Shown: one piece after another, positions 11,600 through 24,400 of the stretch | Layout of the letters: the number at the start of each line of letters is the position of its first letter | Numbering within the stretch: position 1 is the first letter of the stretch | Assembly (NCBI GenBank): GCA_964187785.1 | Contig: OZ076416.1 | Location: 16,554,001-16,618,000, forward strand | DNA: 64,000 bases | Source of the DNA: Amphiscolops sp. MND2022 | Lineage: Eukaryota | Direction of reading: 5' to 3' | The notes under the pieces: generated by a model | What the model was told of the DNA's origin: nothing | The model's database searches: none | What the model saw: only the letters and a program-made list of their open reading frames with translations | Made by a program: the position numbers and the translations under genes

Positions 11600-14500
11600 C
11601 AAGCTTTTGTAACGACAAGCTGTTGTCGGTATCTTAACACGATAACAGAGGTGGAGGAACCTGCAGAAATGGGTAAATCGCTCGGGACAGGCGCCCATCG
11701 CCACAGATCCATTTTGCCTCCAGGAGTGAAATACGACCCGAGGCCGTTGGTGCTTCGACGAATACTGTCCAACCGATCTTAGTCTTTGATTGCTAATAAA
11801 AAACGGGCATCTTCCTGACTCTCTAAAGACCACCGCTTAACTGGCATATGAAAACAATGCCAAGAATGAGGTTAAGTTCCAATTCCAGGGTGATAAGTCC
11901 TTAAATGCAAAAAAAATCTAAAACTGCCAAAACTAACGCTAGAGCTAGCTAAAGTCAATGAAAAAACATGAAAACAGGCACGGAAATGGCAAACCACACA
12001 GCTACAAGCTGGGCACAGGGACTCCAAGCACCAAACAAAGATAATTAGGCTACAGGACTCGTTTTTACTGGCTTCCGCTACTTAAGGTAACATACTGCTG
12101 AAATCAAGGTTAGCACCTGTAAAAGTCTATTTTCAGAGGTTTTTGCAGTCTCTGGTGTCTGTTGCAGCGGCTGCCCTTATGTTTTTGCTCGTTCTTGCTC
12201 TTTGTTGTCCTGCCAATTTTGTACAAACAACGAAAAGAGCAATCACATGCTCAGTGGCACGTCACATATCAAATTAGAATTTTTGACAAAATTTCTGAAC
12301 ACGTCAAAGTTGAACAATCGGCTGACTTTGCTGTACCAGAGGGTCCCGTTTCATCACTCCCTGGGCTTTAGGCATGACGTCCCTGTCATGCGGAGAAGCT
12401 GGCATTGAAAACGTCTCCACATCAACTTTACATTCAACTGTGAGTTCAAACGCATGTTGCAAGGGTACAGTGGGACTGTCATTGTTCGCTGATTGAGCGA
12501 TCTTGAGGTCTTGCTTCTTGCCGTCCACAGATTCTACATCGTCCACAAACTGTTCTAGCTAGCCCTCGAGAAAACAAGTACTCAAACATGCACCTAGAAT
12601 TTGATCGAATCTCAAAAATCTATACAACAATCAAGGAGCACCATTTTGTTAGCACGCGTTTTCTGCAACAAAATCGATAGGAACTTGCTAGCAACTTTTG
12701 AGACAACTGAAATTTCTTTTGAGCAGCTCTCAAGCTGCAAAACGCACGTGGTTCTCATGGAAATTCTCTTTTTGAGCAGTTCTCAAGCTAAAAAAACGCA
12801 CATGATTCTCATGGAAATTTTTTTCCACGGAAGTAAAATTTCAGGTTGCTGCAAAGTTAAAAGATGTCCTCGATGAAACTTCTTTCCAGCGGAAAAACCA
12901 CTGTTTAAAAGAAAGGCAAGCTGCTTTTTTCGATATTTTCTTGTTCACATTTCGGCTTGGTTTGGGCAACAAGCACTGATGTGCAGCTCCATACATGAAT
13001 AAAATTCAGTAGAGTCTGTCAAGGAGCACATCAGAAGCGAATCACGAACTGCTCGTGAGAGTTAGCATTGGAGTAGGCAAAATAGACGAAATTCTCTATT
13101 CAAAAACCCGGATTGAGCAAGCTCTGCATTTTTCGATTGTCACGTTTAAACCTGGCAGAAAATACTGGAAAACTTGAGAAATTTACGCAAAACGAAAATA
13201 GCATCTTTCGGGCGAAGCAATACATGTAGAGTTTTTGAGTTAAATCTACATTGTTTACATTGCGACTCCTCGCGCTTCAGTCATTGAGCATGCTCTTTAA
13301 TATGAAGATAGCAGTGACCAACAGAAGATTCAAGAGGATGAAATGGGCGTTGATGACACCCCCCTCCTCCTTGAAAAGAAGTGGAGTGTAGTTTGGTATG
13401 CCGAGGCAGTATCATCCCGTAGCACGCGTGCTACCAAAAGGACGTATCAAGCAAAAATATCAGGAAGTCTAAAGATCATGGAGACTTGGTCTGTCTCAAG
13501 GCTAGGATAGTTGTCCGGAGGGCGGCCACAGCTATATCCGTATGTCCCTTCCATCGGTGCGACCAAGGCAGCAGAAGGGTTGAACGTGGTGGACGGCCAC
13601 GGCGACGTCCATCATACTGGCGAAAAAGCATTTCTTGCCATGAGTGTTCACAGAATGTGCGCGGTGGTCAATCTTATCTAAGTCCAGCTGGTCGAGTTTT
13701 AGATGAACCACCGGGCAAGCCTAGGTTGGAGAGTGCCGGGTTCATTGGAATTAAATCCTTTAGACCACGTTTGGCACAACGTGGCTCAATAGATTCTTTC
13801 AAAACCTCGGCAGCAAGAGGGAGGTTGATATTAGGGACTTTGTTCCAGGGAAGGGAGGATTGCAAACCGAGTACCTTGGAGTTGTCGATAGCTGGTCTCC
13901 AAGATTTGGCGTTGACGCTGTTTTTGTTTTCAACACAGCTTTGGCAGAAAATGTTCTCGTTCCGCAATTTGTTGCAGAACAAGAATCTGGAGTTGAGAGT
14001 ACCATCTCTTTTTTCATTGTAAGAAAGTAAAGGGTTCATCTTTTGTATCACTTGTGCAGGTGTTGCCCTCGAGCAATCCATTGTCATCAGCGTGATAAAT
14101 AGGTATTGTATCAGCAACGCCCATTGGTTGTAGTGTCCAAAGATAGTGGGTCTACTCAAATGACCCTTCCAGTCGCTATCACTGATTTTAGTATGGTGTC
14201 ATTCGATGTGATGATTGTGGCATTAGCGGAGATCGTTGTCTTTTGACATTGTATTGACATGGCAGCACTACTCAACCCAACCACTTCCCTGTTACCTTTT
14301 GTGCTAGAAGACTGTGCATTTCATCCAACAACTGCTGAAACAATTCCCGGTTCCTTGCTTCAACTATCTCCAATAGTGCTTTATCCTCCTCGTCCAGATA
14401 CTCTAAATCCATTGATCGGTCATTTTCATCATATATATGGGATTCTCTTTCTGTTTTCAAAACTGGTTAACTGGTTCATTGTTTACTTGGGCTGCACGGA

Positions 14501-16540
14501 ACCCTCTCCCCTCTTGAAAAAGAAGCGGAAGCGGTCAAAGACCTTTCAACTTTTCATTTGAGCTTCAAATAGCACCAAACTACTTCACAAGAACTCCTCG
14601 TGTACCCAAATACAGTCTCCGGGTCAAAGTCAAGATAAGTTCTAACGTCCAGAGCGTGCTGGAAATTACTCTACTCGTTCTAAGTTACTCGCTGGGCTTG
14701 AAAATCTGCTCTCGAGCAATTTGTTGCAGAGATGTTGGATAATGCGCACCAAACCGTCTTTTGACCTCTCAACTTCAAAGAATTTGAGTAAGTTGCAATT
14801 ACTCAAACGTGTTCTCGGCAGAAGTGACGTGGTAACCGGTGTTTGTTCCACTAGACACGGCAGAATAACACCACTTTGGGACATAAATGCAGTCAAAAAG
14901 GTTCAGGTTCTACACTAGGGCAACTTGGTTAAATTTTTTGTCGCAAGGAGGTAACTCCTCTCAAAATCTCGTAATTTTGGTTAAGTTGAATCCCTCAGGG
15001 TAGTTTCTGGATTTTCAAAACTCTCCTTGGGCCCACAAAATAACACCTAGAGTTGTGATTTTCAAAATTTTAGTCAGTAGTGCGCTGCAGGCTTTTTTGA
15101 CCCCCGATTGGGGCTTTATCGGGAGCAACGTTCAAAGTCTTAGAGAAGTCAAAAGTTTGACCCCTGCCGGCACTTTTTTTGAACCATCGGATTTGCCTCG
15201 TTTGCACCCAAGAATGCCTACCAGGTCCATTTGGCTAGAAAACGAAAATTTTTAGTCTCTGCCTTCCATACAGCGGGAGTACTAAGGTTTTATGTTTTCG
15301 ATTTTTTTACTGTTTTTCAGTCTGTTTGCCAAATTGCGTGTCCAAGCTCAGTCAGAATTAGGTTTATTAACGGTACTGTGAAGAATCTTGCACAGCATGT
15401 TTGTTCAGTCACACAAATTGGAAGAATGACCTCCTGAAGCTGATAACTACCTCCAGTCACAGGCCAGAGACATTTCAACCATTTTTTAGAAATTTCAAAA
15501 TTTTTTGAAAAACACTCAAGTGGCTCTTACAAACACTGGACACGTAGGATCGTGTTCAAAATTAACCACACGGTCCCACATTTAGCCAGGTACAATGCAA
15601 AAGGCACCAATGGGGGCGCAGACTACTGGATGAGTTTCAGATACGGTACAGGCGTTCCGTATCACTGACCCAGTTGTCACGATCTTTCACGTGCAAGCAA
15701 AAACTCTCGTCCACAGTGCTGAGCTAGCGAGCTCATTTTTTCAGCAACGGTGCACCAATTGACACTGACAACAATGGTCCAGAGCAATGTAGTCCCAACG
15801 TTCCAATAAGGCGCGCCGATTGCTCCCAAAAATTGTCCATTTCGTTACAATACACAGGATATCACAACTGTCACGAAATGCCGTGTTCCAGTAGAACAGT
15901 CCACTCGATACTGCGCAAAATTCACACCAACAGCAACATAATTACGAATAGATGTTAACAATAGGGGCTTCCACCGGTTCTCAGCACGTAAACGTGGCTC
16001 TTACCCAATTTCCGTCTTTATGAAACCTTAAACTGAAACAACGGATATGCAAGTCCGAGAAATGTCGAATTTGCTTCCAAGGGTCGAAGCGTCTCGAAAA
16101 GTATACAGCCCTTCAATACTGATGCAATGATTTAAACGGTGAGCCCAGAATTGGGATATTAGGCTCCAGTCACCAGTCAGAGGTTTTCTTCGTATTTTTT
16201 GGGTTTATCAGATTCACTGGAAGAAAACGTAAAAGGTTAGCCTTCTCTCTAGAAGTGTCGAATTGGCCTCAAGACTTGCAAACGATTCCACGTATGATGA
16301 GGTACACGAGAATGGTCGACGATTGGGGCTGGGTGACTAGGTGAAACTCTAAGACAGTACTGACGTTCCGTATAACTGTGTTCCAAGATGCACTGTATCT
16401 CACGTGTCAACCAATATCCCGCACCACGGAGAATAGTTCTCAAGGTCATATTTTTGTCTACGATACAACAAGTGGCCCTAAATACAATGGTGGTTAGCAA
16501 TTTGGCCCAACCATTTGACTAAGGTGTTCAGGCTACTTCA
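11600..16540 (-). other. GC-richer degenerate coding-like region of unknown identity (decayed retroelement interior or host-gene exons)
   Basis: Several minus-strand ORF fragments (12304-12546, 13674-14159, 14272-14460, 14666-14896), none with a motif I recognise. 11.6-11.9 kb is homologous to 49.4-49.7 kb. Confidence 0.3.
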
Positions 16541-17291
16541 AAAAACTTCAAAAAGAATGCCTTTTTGTGAGGTCTGTTTTCGTCACTTTCTCAATGAGTA
16601 ATTTATCAATCAATACTAAACTTGGTAGTCACTGTCAGCAGTACCCACCCACAATCATAGTGGAGTAGTCAAAAAGAAGACGGATGCTTCGTTGATGTTC
16701 CGACCAGGTACAGATACTACTTTCTAAAAAACGGTGTTTTTTGACACTTTTTCCACAAATTGGCTAAGAGGGTCACTCCAAGGAATGTTACGGCAGGCAA
16801 AATTTGCTAATGCGTTGCCCCACTGGCCGTGGCACTGAAAGTATCCCACCATTACCTGTGCTCGTTAGGTATAAGGCACTGTCGGTCCTGTAGTTTTGGA
16901 AAATTTCGGCAGTTTTTACTCTTTACGAGGTCAAAACGTCAGAGAACTTTTCTCAATTTTGGTCAGGGCTAGGCTCACCAAGTTTTCGGCACTAGCGTGT
17001 CTTTTAGTAATAATTAGTGATAAATCAGATTAGTAGTTGAAAAAACAATGTGTGAATGCAACGTGATTGTATCGAATTCAATTGCAGTAGTGGAATTGCA
17101 GTCTAAATTCACCTATGGACTTTACTGAATATTCTGTTTTTTAAAACAATATCGCGCTTGTAGACGTGCAGCATGCAAAAGGTTCCAGCCGTCTCAAGTA
17201 GGGTATGCTGAAATTGTACTTTAGAGCAAACTTTAGAACCTCTCAGTGAGTGTACTAAAAACTCTATGAATTCACAGCGATTACACACGAG

Positions 17292-17798
17292 CAGGGTTGC
17301 GCAATATCGCATTTATATTTATTGATACGATACAATACGTCATTTTATTGCTACAACTATAAAGACTAATAAATAATTAAAGACTTGTTTTAAACAATAA
17401 ATTATTGTAATTTCACAATATTTTATGAATATTGCATCATCATAAATGACTGCACATTGATGCATCCCAATATGTTTTATTGTTCTTCAAAAATAGAACA
17501 TATTCATGATGACACGGCGACATTTAGTTTCGCTGTGGGCAGTAAATACACACTCGCTATTTAATCTTTCGACAATAGTGGATGTGGGAGATATTGATGG
17601 TATATACTACAAAACAAATACATGTAAAACGATCTGTATTCAATGTCCCACTTATTGTCTCATTTATTACATGATGTATTAAATTAATTTAATCATAATT
17701 TTCTGCCAATAAATTATTCATAGTGAAAAGCCTTATAATTAAATTATTTTTTGCAATAATTTATTAACTTTCAAATAGATTATTGCATGCACACCCTG
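17292..17798. mobile_element. hAT-type MITE (507 bp)
   Basis: Imperfect TIRs CAGGGTTGCGCAAT / CAGGGTGTGCATGCAAT. 8-bp TSD CACACGAG (17284-17291) / TACACGAG (17799-17806). AT-rich non-coding interior. Confidence 0.78.
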
Positions 17799-19102
17799 TA
17801 CACGAGAAATGAAAAATCACACTCATCTCTGAAACCGATTGCCGTGATAAACTTTGGAGGAATCCAATAATCGACAATTAACAAAAGTGTTCCAAAAACT
17901 TGGAATATCATAGACAACGACTCCTTGAAATAGATTGTCGTTAGCTCGGAAGAAAAAGAAGAAGTGCAAAAACTTGTAGACTATTTGGCCTTAATAATTT
18001 CGCTATGGAAGATGAAGAAAAGATGGACCATTGACGCCATTAAGATGGGGAATGTGATATGGATAAGAAAAGTTGTCTGGACTACCAAACATTACTGAAA
18101 TTCATATTTCATTCACTAAAACCGGTACTTACATTTACTGTTGCGAGATAAGTAACCTCAATGATAGAATTGTAGTGTCTAACCTAACTTTAAGTTCGAC
18201 TCAAATAGAAAAGTTTTCACGCCTAGGAACCTTCAAGGTTTTTCAACTGAGGAATTATCAGAAAAAAATAGAGTCTATAGAAAAAACATATCGTTCTGAA
18301 AAAGTATTTTTTCTGTTCGTAGATGATTTCGATAGCAAATTTTGACATTAGGGAAGTACTCGGTGATAAGAAAATACACCACTTACTTTCTGCTTTGTGT
18401 GACTCGGAAAAACCCGAAAAATATATTTTGTTGGTACTTTTTTATCCAACTAATATTTGTTACTCAATCAACCGACTTAGCTGAACTTTTAGTTGGTAAA
18501 GGTGAATTTTGTTTCCATATTTCCTTCAAAAAGCCACGATGTATGTTTTCGTTATTTTAGGCCAGGGCGTTCCATCATATAAATCGATGAGTCTTGTATA
18601 AAAAATGGAACAAAATTTATAATTACCACGCCAAGATTTGAAATGTTATTCAACAAGGTAATTGTAACACGATCTTGGAAAATTATCACCTTTAGCATTT
18701 CTATAATGTAAATGGGAGGGGAATGTCACACTTGACAGAGTTTTTTGTCATCTTCGATGTTGCTAATTTCTTCTACCTTCCTGCTCTTGAAATGGCGACA
18801 CAACTAGTTTAGATGTGAGCAATAATTTCCCACTTTTCCTAGTATTCAAGACGGTATAAACTGAAGACAGTATCCTTGCAGGTGGTTAAACGGAAATTGA
18901 TTGAAGTTTGCGATTGAAACGGTTAATAATTAATTTCCAACGTCATTCTGTAAAGTCTACAGTATCATAATTGAATATCAGAAGAAATGAAACGCAAACG
19001 ACTCAGATGAAAATGAAAAAGTAAGCAGTTATAAAGGAATTTCATTTTTTCGCTCTCTCAAGGAAATTGATAAACTTAGTTCACGAACGAACAATTTCAG
19101 GG

Positions 19103-19581
19103 TTTTTTAGTCGGCGCCTTTTCCTTTAAGGAAAAAAGCCCGACTATTACAGTGGCTAGTTTTTTTTCTTTTTTTCGTCAGACCACAGAGCTCATCGCGT
19201 ATGTACCTCATCCACTCATCGCTCATCCACTTTTTGCAGAAACTGATAAGACTACTCAGGCCAAGTCAGGCCAATGGAAACTTAGTGCAAAGGGTTCCCC
19301 CTTTCATTTTTTACCTTTTTTACGTAACCTACAAAACCGGCCAAAGGGCCCCCCTTTCAATTTTTTTTCGGCACTATGCGACATTTTCGAAATTTCAAAT
19401 TTTATTTTGTTCCCAGTCGGGAAACAGTGATTTTCCAGTCATATCGAGCATGAAAGGCACACTTTGGGTGTCTCGGAAGTGTTTTCAAAGCTTTTCATGA
19501 ATACGTCCTGAGCATATTTAGAAAACTTTGCGCTTCTTGAGCCTTAGATATAGCGCCAACTTTAGACGTTCCCGTCTTGTT
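19103..19581 (+). mobile_element. HINE-like element, copy 3
   Basis: TTTTTTAGTCGGCGC...CCCGACT at the 5' end; GCGCCAACTTT-AGACGTTCCCGTCT-TGTT at the 3' end. Confidence 0.78.
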
Positions 19582-19616
19582 GCTTTTATTCAACTACCAA
19601 GTTTCTGGAAATCATT

Positions 19617-19700
19617 TTCCACTTGGCCTAGTGGTTACTGCGTGTCTGTGCGTGGTTGGGCCTGGGAAGCAAGAGTGCTTGGGTTCTAATCTTGCGACCA
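19617..19700 (+). mobile_element. tRNA-derived SINE head (degenerate)
   Basis: A-box-like TGGCCTAGTGGTTA (19624) and B-box-like GGGTTCTAATCT (19681) at tRNA-like spacing; no full cloverleaf seen. Confidence 0.45.
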
Positions 19701-21338
19701 CTCTTTGAGCTTCTTGGAACTGTGCGTCTTTGTGAAAAAATAACTATAAAAATTTTTTATCGGAGTTAGTCTAGGATATGAAGCGAATTCGAGGGCGCTG
19801 AAGAGTCTCCCTTTAAAATTTCACCATTTCTAACTGAGTCCAAATTTTATGTTTTTTCAAAATCTTCATTTCACTAGAGGGACGCCTTTCGCTTTTTCGA
19901 TGTTTGTACTTGAAACAAGGCGTTACTGGAAGCTGAAACGTTTTTGGTTTTCTCAGCATTGTGCGATTTTTCTCGAAAAATATCATTTCACCAGGTTATT
20001 TTTTGGTAATCTCAATTCGCTTTCGACACTACACCATTTTATTTCCAAGATGATGCGTTCCAGTTGTTAAGAGAGTGTAATACAGATTAGAGATAAGAAA
20101 AAATCCTCCAACTAAAATAATGTTTTTTTTTGCATGATCATGTATAAAACCTTTAGTTATCTCTCATTTCAGTGAAGTCTAAATGCAAGCTCAAAATCAA
20201 CGGATAAAAGAAATGCTTTAATATGACGTCAGTGCCACGATGGCCCAGAATGAGGGTTAAATAAAAGTAATCATGACTATAGAAAATTAGTCCAATTTGT
20301 CCAAATTGAATGTTAAAACTTTTGAAATAATATATTTGATGTTTCTATTTTTTACCATTCAATTGAACAGACTTTTTCTTCTGGTAATACTGATCACAAG
20401 TTTCATTCGTTTTTCTTGAAGAAAAATGAGTACTTACTTTTTAGGTGATTATGAAAATCATGAGGAAAGGAAGAACCAATGTTTTGATTTTTTGATAACA
20501 AAATGGCTTTCAGCCTCCAAATATTTTGACTACCGAATGACACCTATTGCTAGGAGGCACTCGCTGACAGTTGCATTAAGTAGAATCAGGGGCACGAACT
20601 CAGAAAATGTCAACTTCGGGCAGAAAACAACAAAAGTGAGATTCTCTTTCGTCAATCAAGCATTTGATGAACGAATTTTTGGAAGTAATGTTTTCTTTGA
20701 TGTCCTTATGAAAAAGGCCAATTCACAGTATTTCGACCATTAGAAAACATTTTAAGCAAATTGAAAAACCCACTAGGTAAATAGAAAAATGATGGAACAT
20801 TGGCGAGTAAATCTTGGGAATGGCAATCACGCTGATTGAAAACAAGTCCTTTTCATTAACAAATGGGTCTCCAAATCTTGATGAAAAGGTTTTCAAATGG
20901 TTTACAAATGAATCTATTTTGACGCTAATATACAACACTTCGCATTATTTACCATACAGCAAATCACAACCTGTTTCGACAACACTGACCTATCGAAGCA
21001 CCATAAAAATGTATCACGATCCATCACAATTAAGGTAACCCTAGAAACCAAAGAAAAAGCAAATTAGTCACCCACCTATTGATGTGTTTCCAAATTCAGT
21101 TTCCTCTGCTAAGCAGACATCGAATTTTGAAAAATTTCAAACATGGTCACTCATATTACGACCATAATTACCATGCTAGTCATAATATGGCCATACTATG
21201 ACCATGTTATGATAATCATTTTTCACCATGATCATACTGTGACATAGTATGAATCACTATTTCTGAGTGTGGGGGTCAACCTGTGAAATTGAAACCCCAT
21301 CATGGTTCTTAATGGCTCCATATGGAATCATTTAGTTC

Positions 21339-21392
21339 TATATAGTTACATGCAAACCTTATGACATCGTGAGGTTTGCATGTAACTGTATA
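21339..21392 (+). other. 25-bp-stem hairpin just upstream of the satellite array
   Basis: TATATAGTTACATGCAAACCTTATG-acat-CGTGAGGTTTGCATGTAACTGTATA; 22 Watson-Crick pairs plus 3 T.G pairs. Confidence 0.85.
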
Positions 21393-21430
21393 TAACCGAA
21401 TAATTCCATAAATAGGCTTATCTCACAATA

Positions 21431-24400
21431 ATTATGGAGTTTCTCAAATCATGTATCGTGATTATGGAGTTTCTCAAATCATGTATCGTGATTAAGGAGT
21501 TTCTCAAATCATGTGTCGTGATTATGAAGTTTCTCAAATCATGTATCGTGATTATGAAGTTTCCCAAATCATGTAACGTGATTACGGAGTTTCTCAAATC
21601 ATGTATCGTGATTATGGAGTTTCTCAAATCATGTATCGTGATTATGAAGTTTCCCAAATCATGTATCGTGATTACGGAGTTTCTCAAATCATGTATTGTG
21701 ATTATGGAGTTTCTCAAATCACGTATCGTGGTTATGGATTTTCTCAAATCATGTATCGTGATAATGGAGTTTCGAGTTTCTCAAATCATGCATCGTGATG
21801 ATGGAGTTTCTCAAATCATGTAACGTGATTATGAAGTTTCTCAAATCATGTATCGTGATTATGGAGTTTCTCAAACCATGTATCGTGAGTACGGAGTTTC
21901 TCAAATCATGTATTGTGATTATGGAGTTTCTCAAATCATGTATCGTGATTATGGAGTTTGTCAAATCATGTATCGTGATTATGGAGTTTCTCAAATCATG
22001 TATCGTGATTATGAAGTTTTTCAAATCAAGTATCGTGTTTATGGAGTTTCTCAAATCATGTATCGTGATAATGGAGTTTCTCAAATCATGTATAGTGATA
22101 ATGCAGTTTCGAGTATCTCAAATCATGCATCGTGATTATGGAGTTTCTCAAATCATGTAACGTGATTATGAAGTTTCTCAAATCATGTATCGTGATTATG
22201 GAGTTTCTCAAATCATGTATCGTGATTATGAAGTTTCTCAAATCATGTATCGTGATTACGGAGTTTCTCAAATCATGTATTGTGATTATGGAGTCTCTCA
22301 AATCATGTATCGTGGTTATGGAGTTTCGCAAATCATGTATCGCGTTTATAGAGTTTCTCAAATCATGTATCGTGATTATGGAGTTTCTCAAATCATGAAT
22401 CGTGATTATGGAGTTTCTCACATCATGTATCGTGATTATGGAGTTTCTCAAATCATGTATCGTGATTATGGAGTTTCTCAAATCATGTATCGTGATTATG
22501 AAGTTTTTCGAATCATGTATCGTGATTATGGAGTTTCTCAAATCATGTATCGTGATTATGAAGTTTCTCAAATCATGTATCGTGATTATGAAGTTTCCCA
22601 AATCATGTATCGTGATTACGGAGTTTCTCAAATCATGTATTGTGAATATGGAGTTTCTCAAATCATGTATCGTGGTTATGGATTTTCTCAAATCATGTAT
22701 CGTGATAATGGAGTTTCGAGTTTCTCAAATCATGCATCGTGATTATGGAGTTTCTCAAATCATGTAACGTGATTATGAAGTTTCTCAAATCATGTATCGT
22801 GATTATGGAGTTTCTCAAATCTTGTATCGTGATTATGAAATTTCTCAAACCATGTATCGTGAGTACGGAGTTTCTCAAATCATGTATTGTGATTATGGAG
22901 TTTCTCAAATCATGTATCGTGATTATGGAGTTTGTCAAATCATGTATGGTGATTATGGAGTTTCTCAAATCATGTATAGTGATAATGGAGTTTCGAGTAT
23001 CTCAAATCATGCATCGTGATTATGGAGTTTCTCAAATCATGTAACGTGAATATGAAGTTTCTCAAATAATGTATCGTGATTATGGAGTTTCTCAAATCAT
23101 GTATCGTGATTATGAAGATTCTCAAATCATGTATCGTGATTACGGAGTTTCTCAAATCATGTATTGTGATTATGGAGTCTCTCAAATCATGTATCGTGAT
23201 TAAGGAGTTTCTCAAATCATGTATCGTGATTATGAAGTTTTCAAATCATGTATCGTGATTATGAAGTTTCCCGAATCATGTATCGTGATTACGGAGTTTC
23301 TCAAATCATGTATTGTGATTATGGAGTTTCTCAAATCATGTATCGTGGTTATGGATTTTCTCAACTCATGTATCGTGATAATGGAGTTTCGAGTTTCTCA
23401 AATCATGCATCGTGATTATGGAGTTTCTCAAACCATGTAACGTGATAATGAAGTTTCTCAAATCATGTATCGTGATCATGGAGTTTCTCAAATCTTGTAT
23501 CGTGATTATGAAATTTCTCAAACCATGTATCGTGAGTACGGAGTTTCTTAAATCATGTATTGTGATTATGGAGTTTCTCAAATCATGTATCGTGATTATG
23601 GAGTTTGTCAAATCATGTATCGTGATTATGGAGTTTCTCAAATCATGTATCGTGATTATGAAGTTTTTCAAATCATGTATCGTGTTTATGGAGTTTCTCA
23701 AATCATGTATCGTGATTATGGAGTTTCTCAAATCATGTATAGTGATAATGGAGTTTCGAGTATCTCAAATCATGCATCGTGATTATGGAGTTTCTCAAAT
23801 CATGTAACGTGATTATGAAGTTTCTCAAATCATGTATCGTGATTATGGAGTTTCTCAAATCATGTATCGTGATTATGAAGTTTCTCAAATCATGTATCGT
23901 GATTACGGAGTTTCTCAAATCATGTATTGTGATTATGGAGTCTCTCAAATCTTGTATCGTGGTTATGAAGTTTCGCAAATCATGTATCGTGATTATGGAG
24001 TTTCTCACATCATGTATCGTGATTATGGAGTTTCTCAAATCATGTATCGTGATTATGGAGTTTCTCAAATAATGTATCGTGATTAAGGAGTTTCTCAAAT
24101 CATGTATCGTGATTATGAAGTTTTTCGAATCATGTATCGTGATTATGGAGTTTCTCACATCATGTATCGTGATTATGGAGTTTCTCAAATCATGTATCGT
24201 GATTATGGAATTTCTCAAATCATGTATCGTGTTTATGGAGTTTCTCAAATAATGTATCGTGATTAAGGAGTTTCTCAAATCATGTATCGTGATTATGAAG
24301 TTTTTCGAATCATGTATCGTGATTATGGAGTTTCTCAAATCATGTATCGTGATTATGTCACTTCTCAAATCATGTATCGTGATTATGAAGTTTCTCAAAT

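Noticed and set aside
12717-12825. Two-copy repeat of about 53 bp
   Set aside because: Ordinary short local duplication with no further structure.
20240-20260. piggyBac-like right end (AGAATGAGGGTTAA; similar word near 11865)
   Set aside because: No matching left TTAACCC terminus found in the window.
20426-20743. TVALSR resembling the Helitron/Pif1 helicase YVALSR motif
   Set aside because: Isolated 5-residue match with no other helicase motifs nearby.
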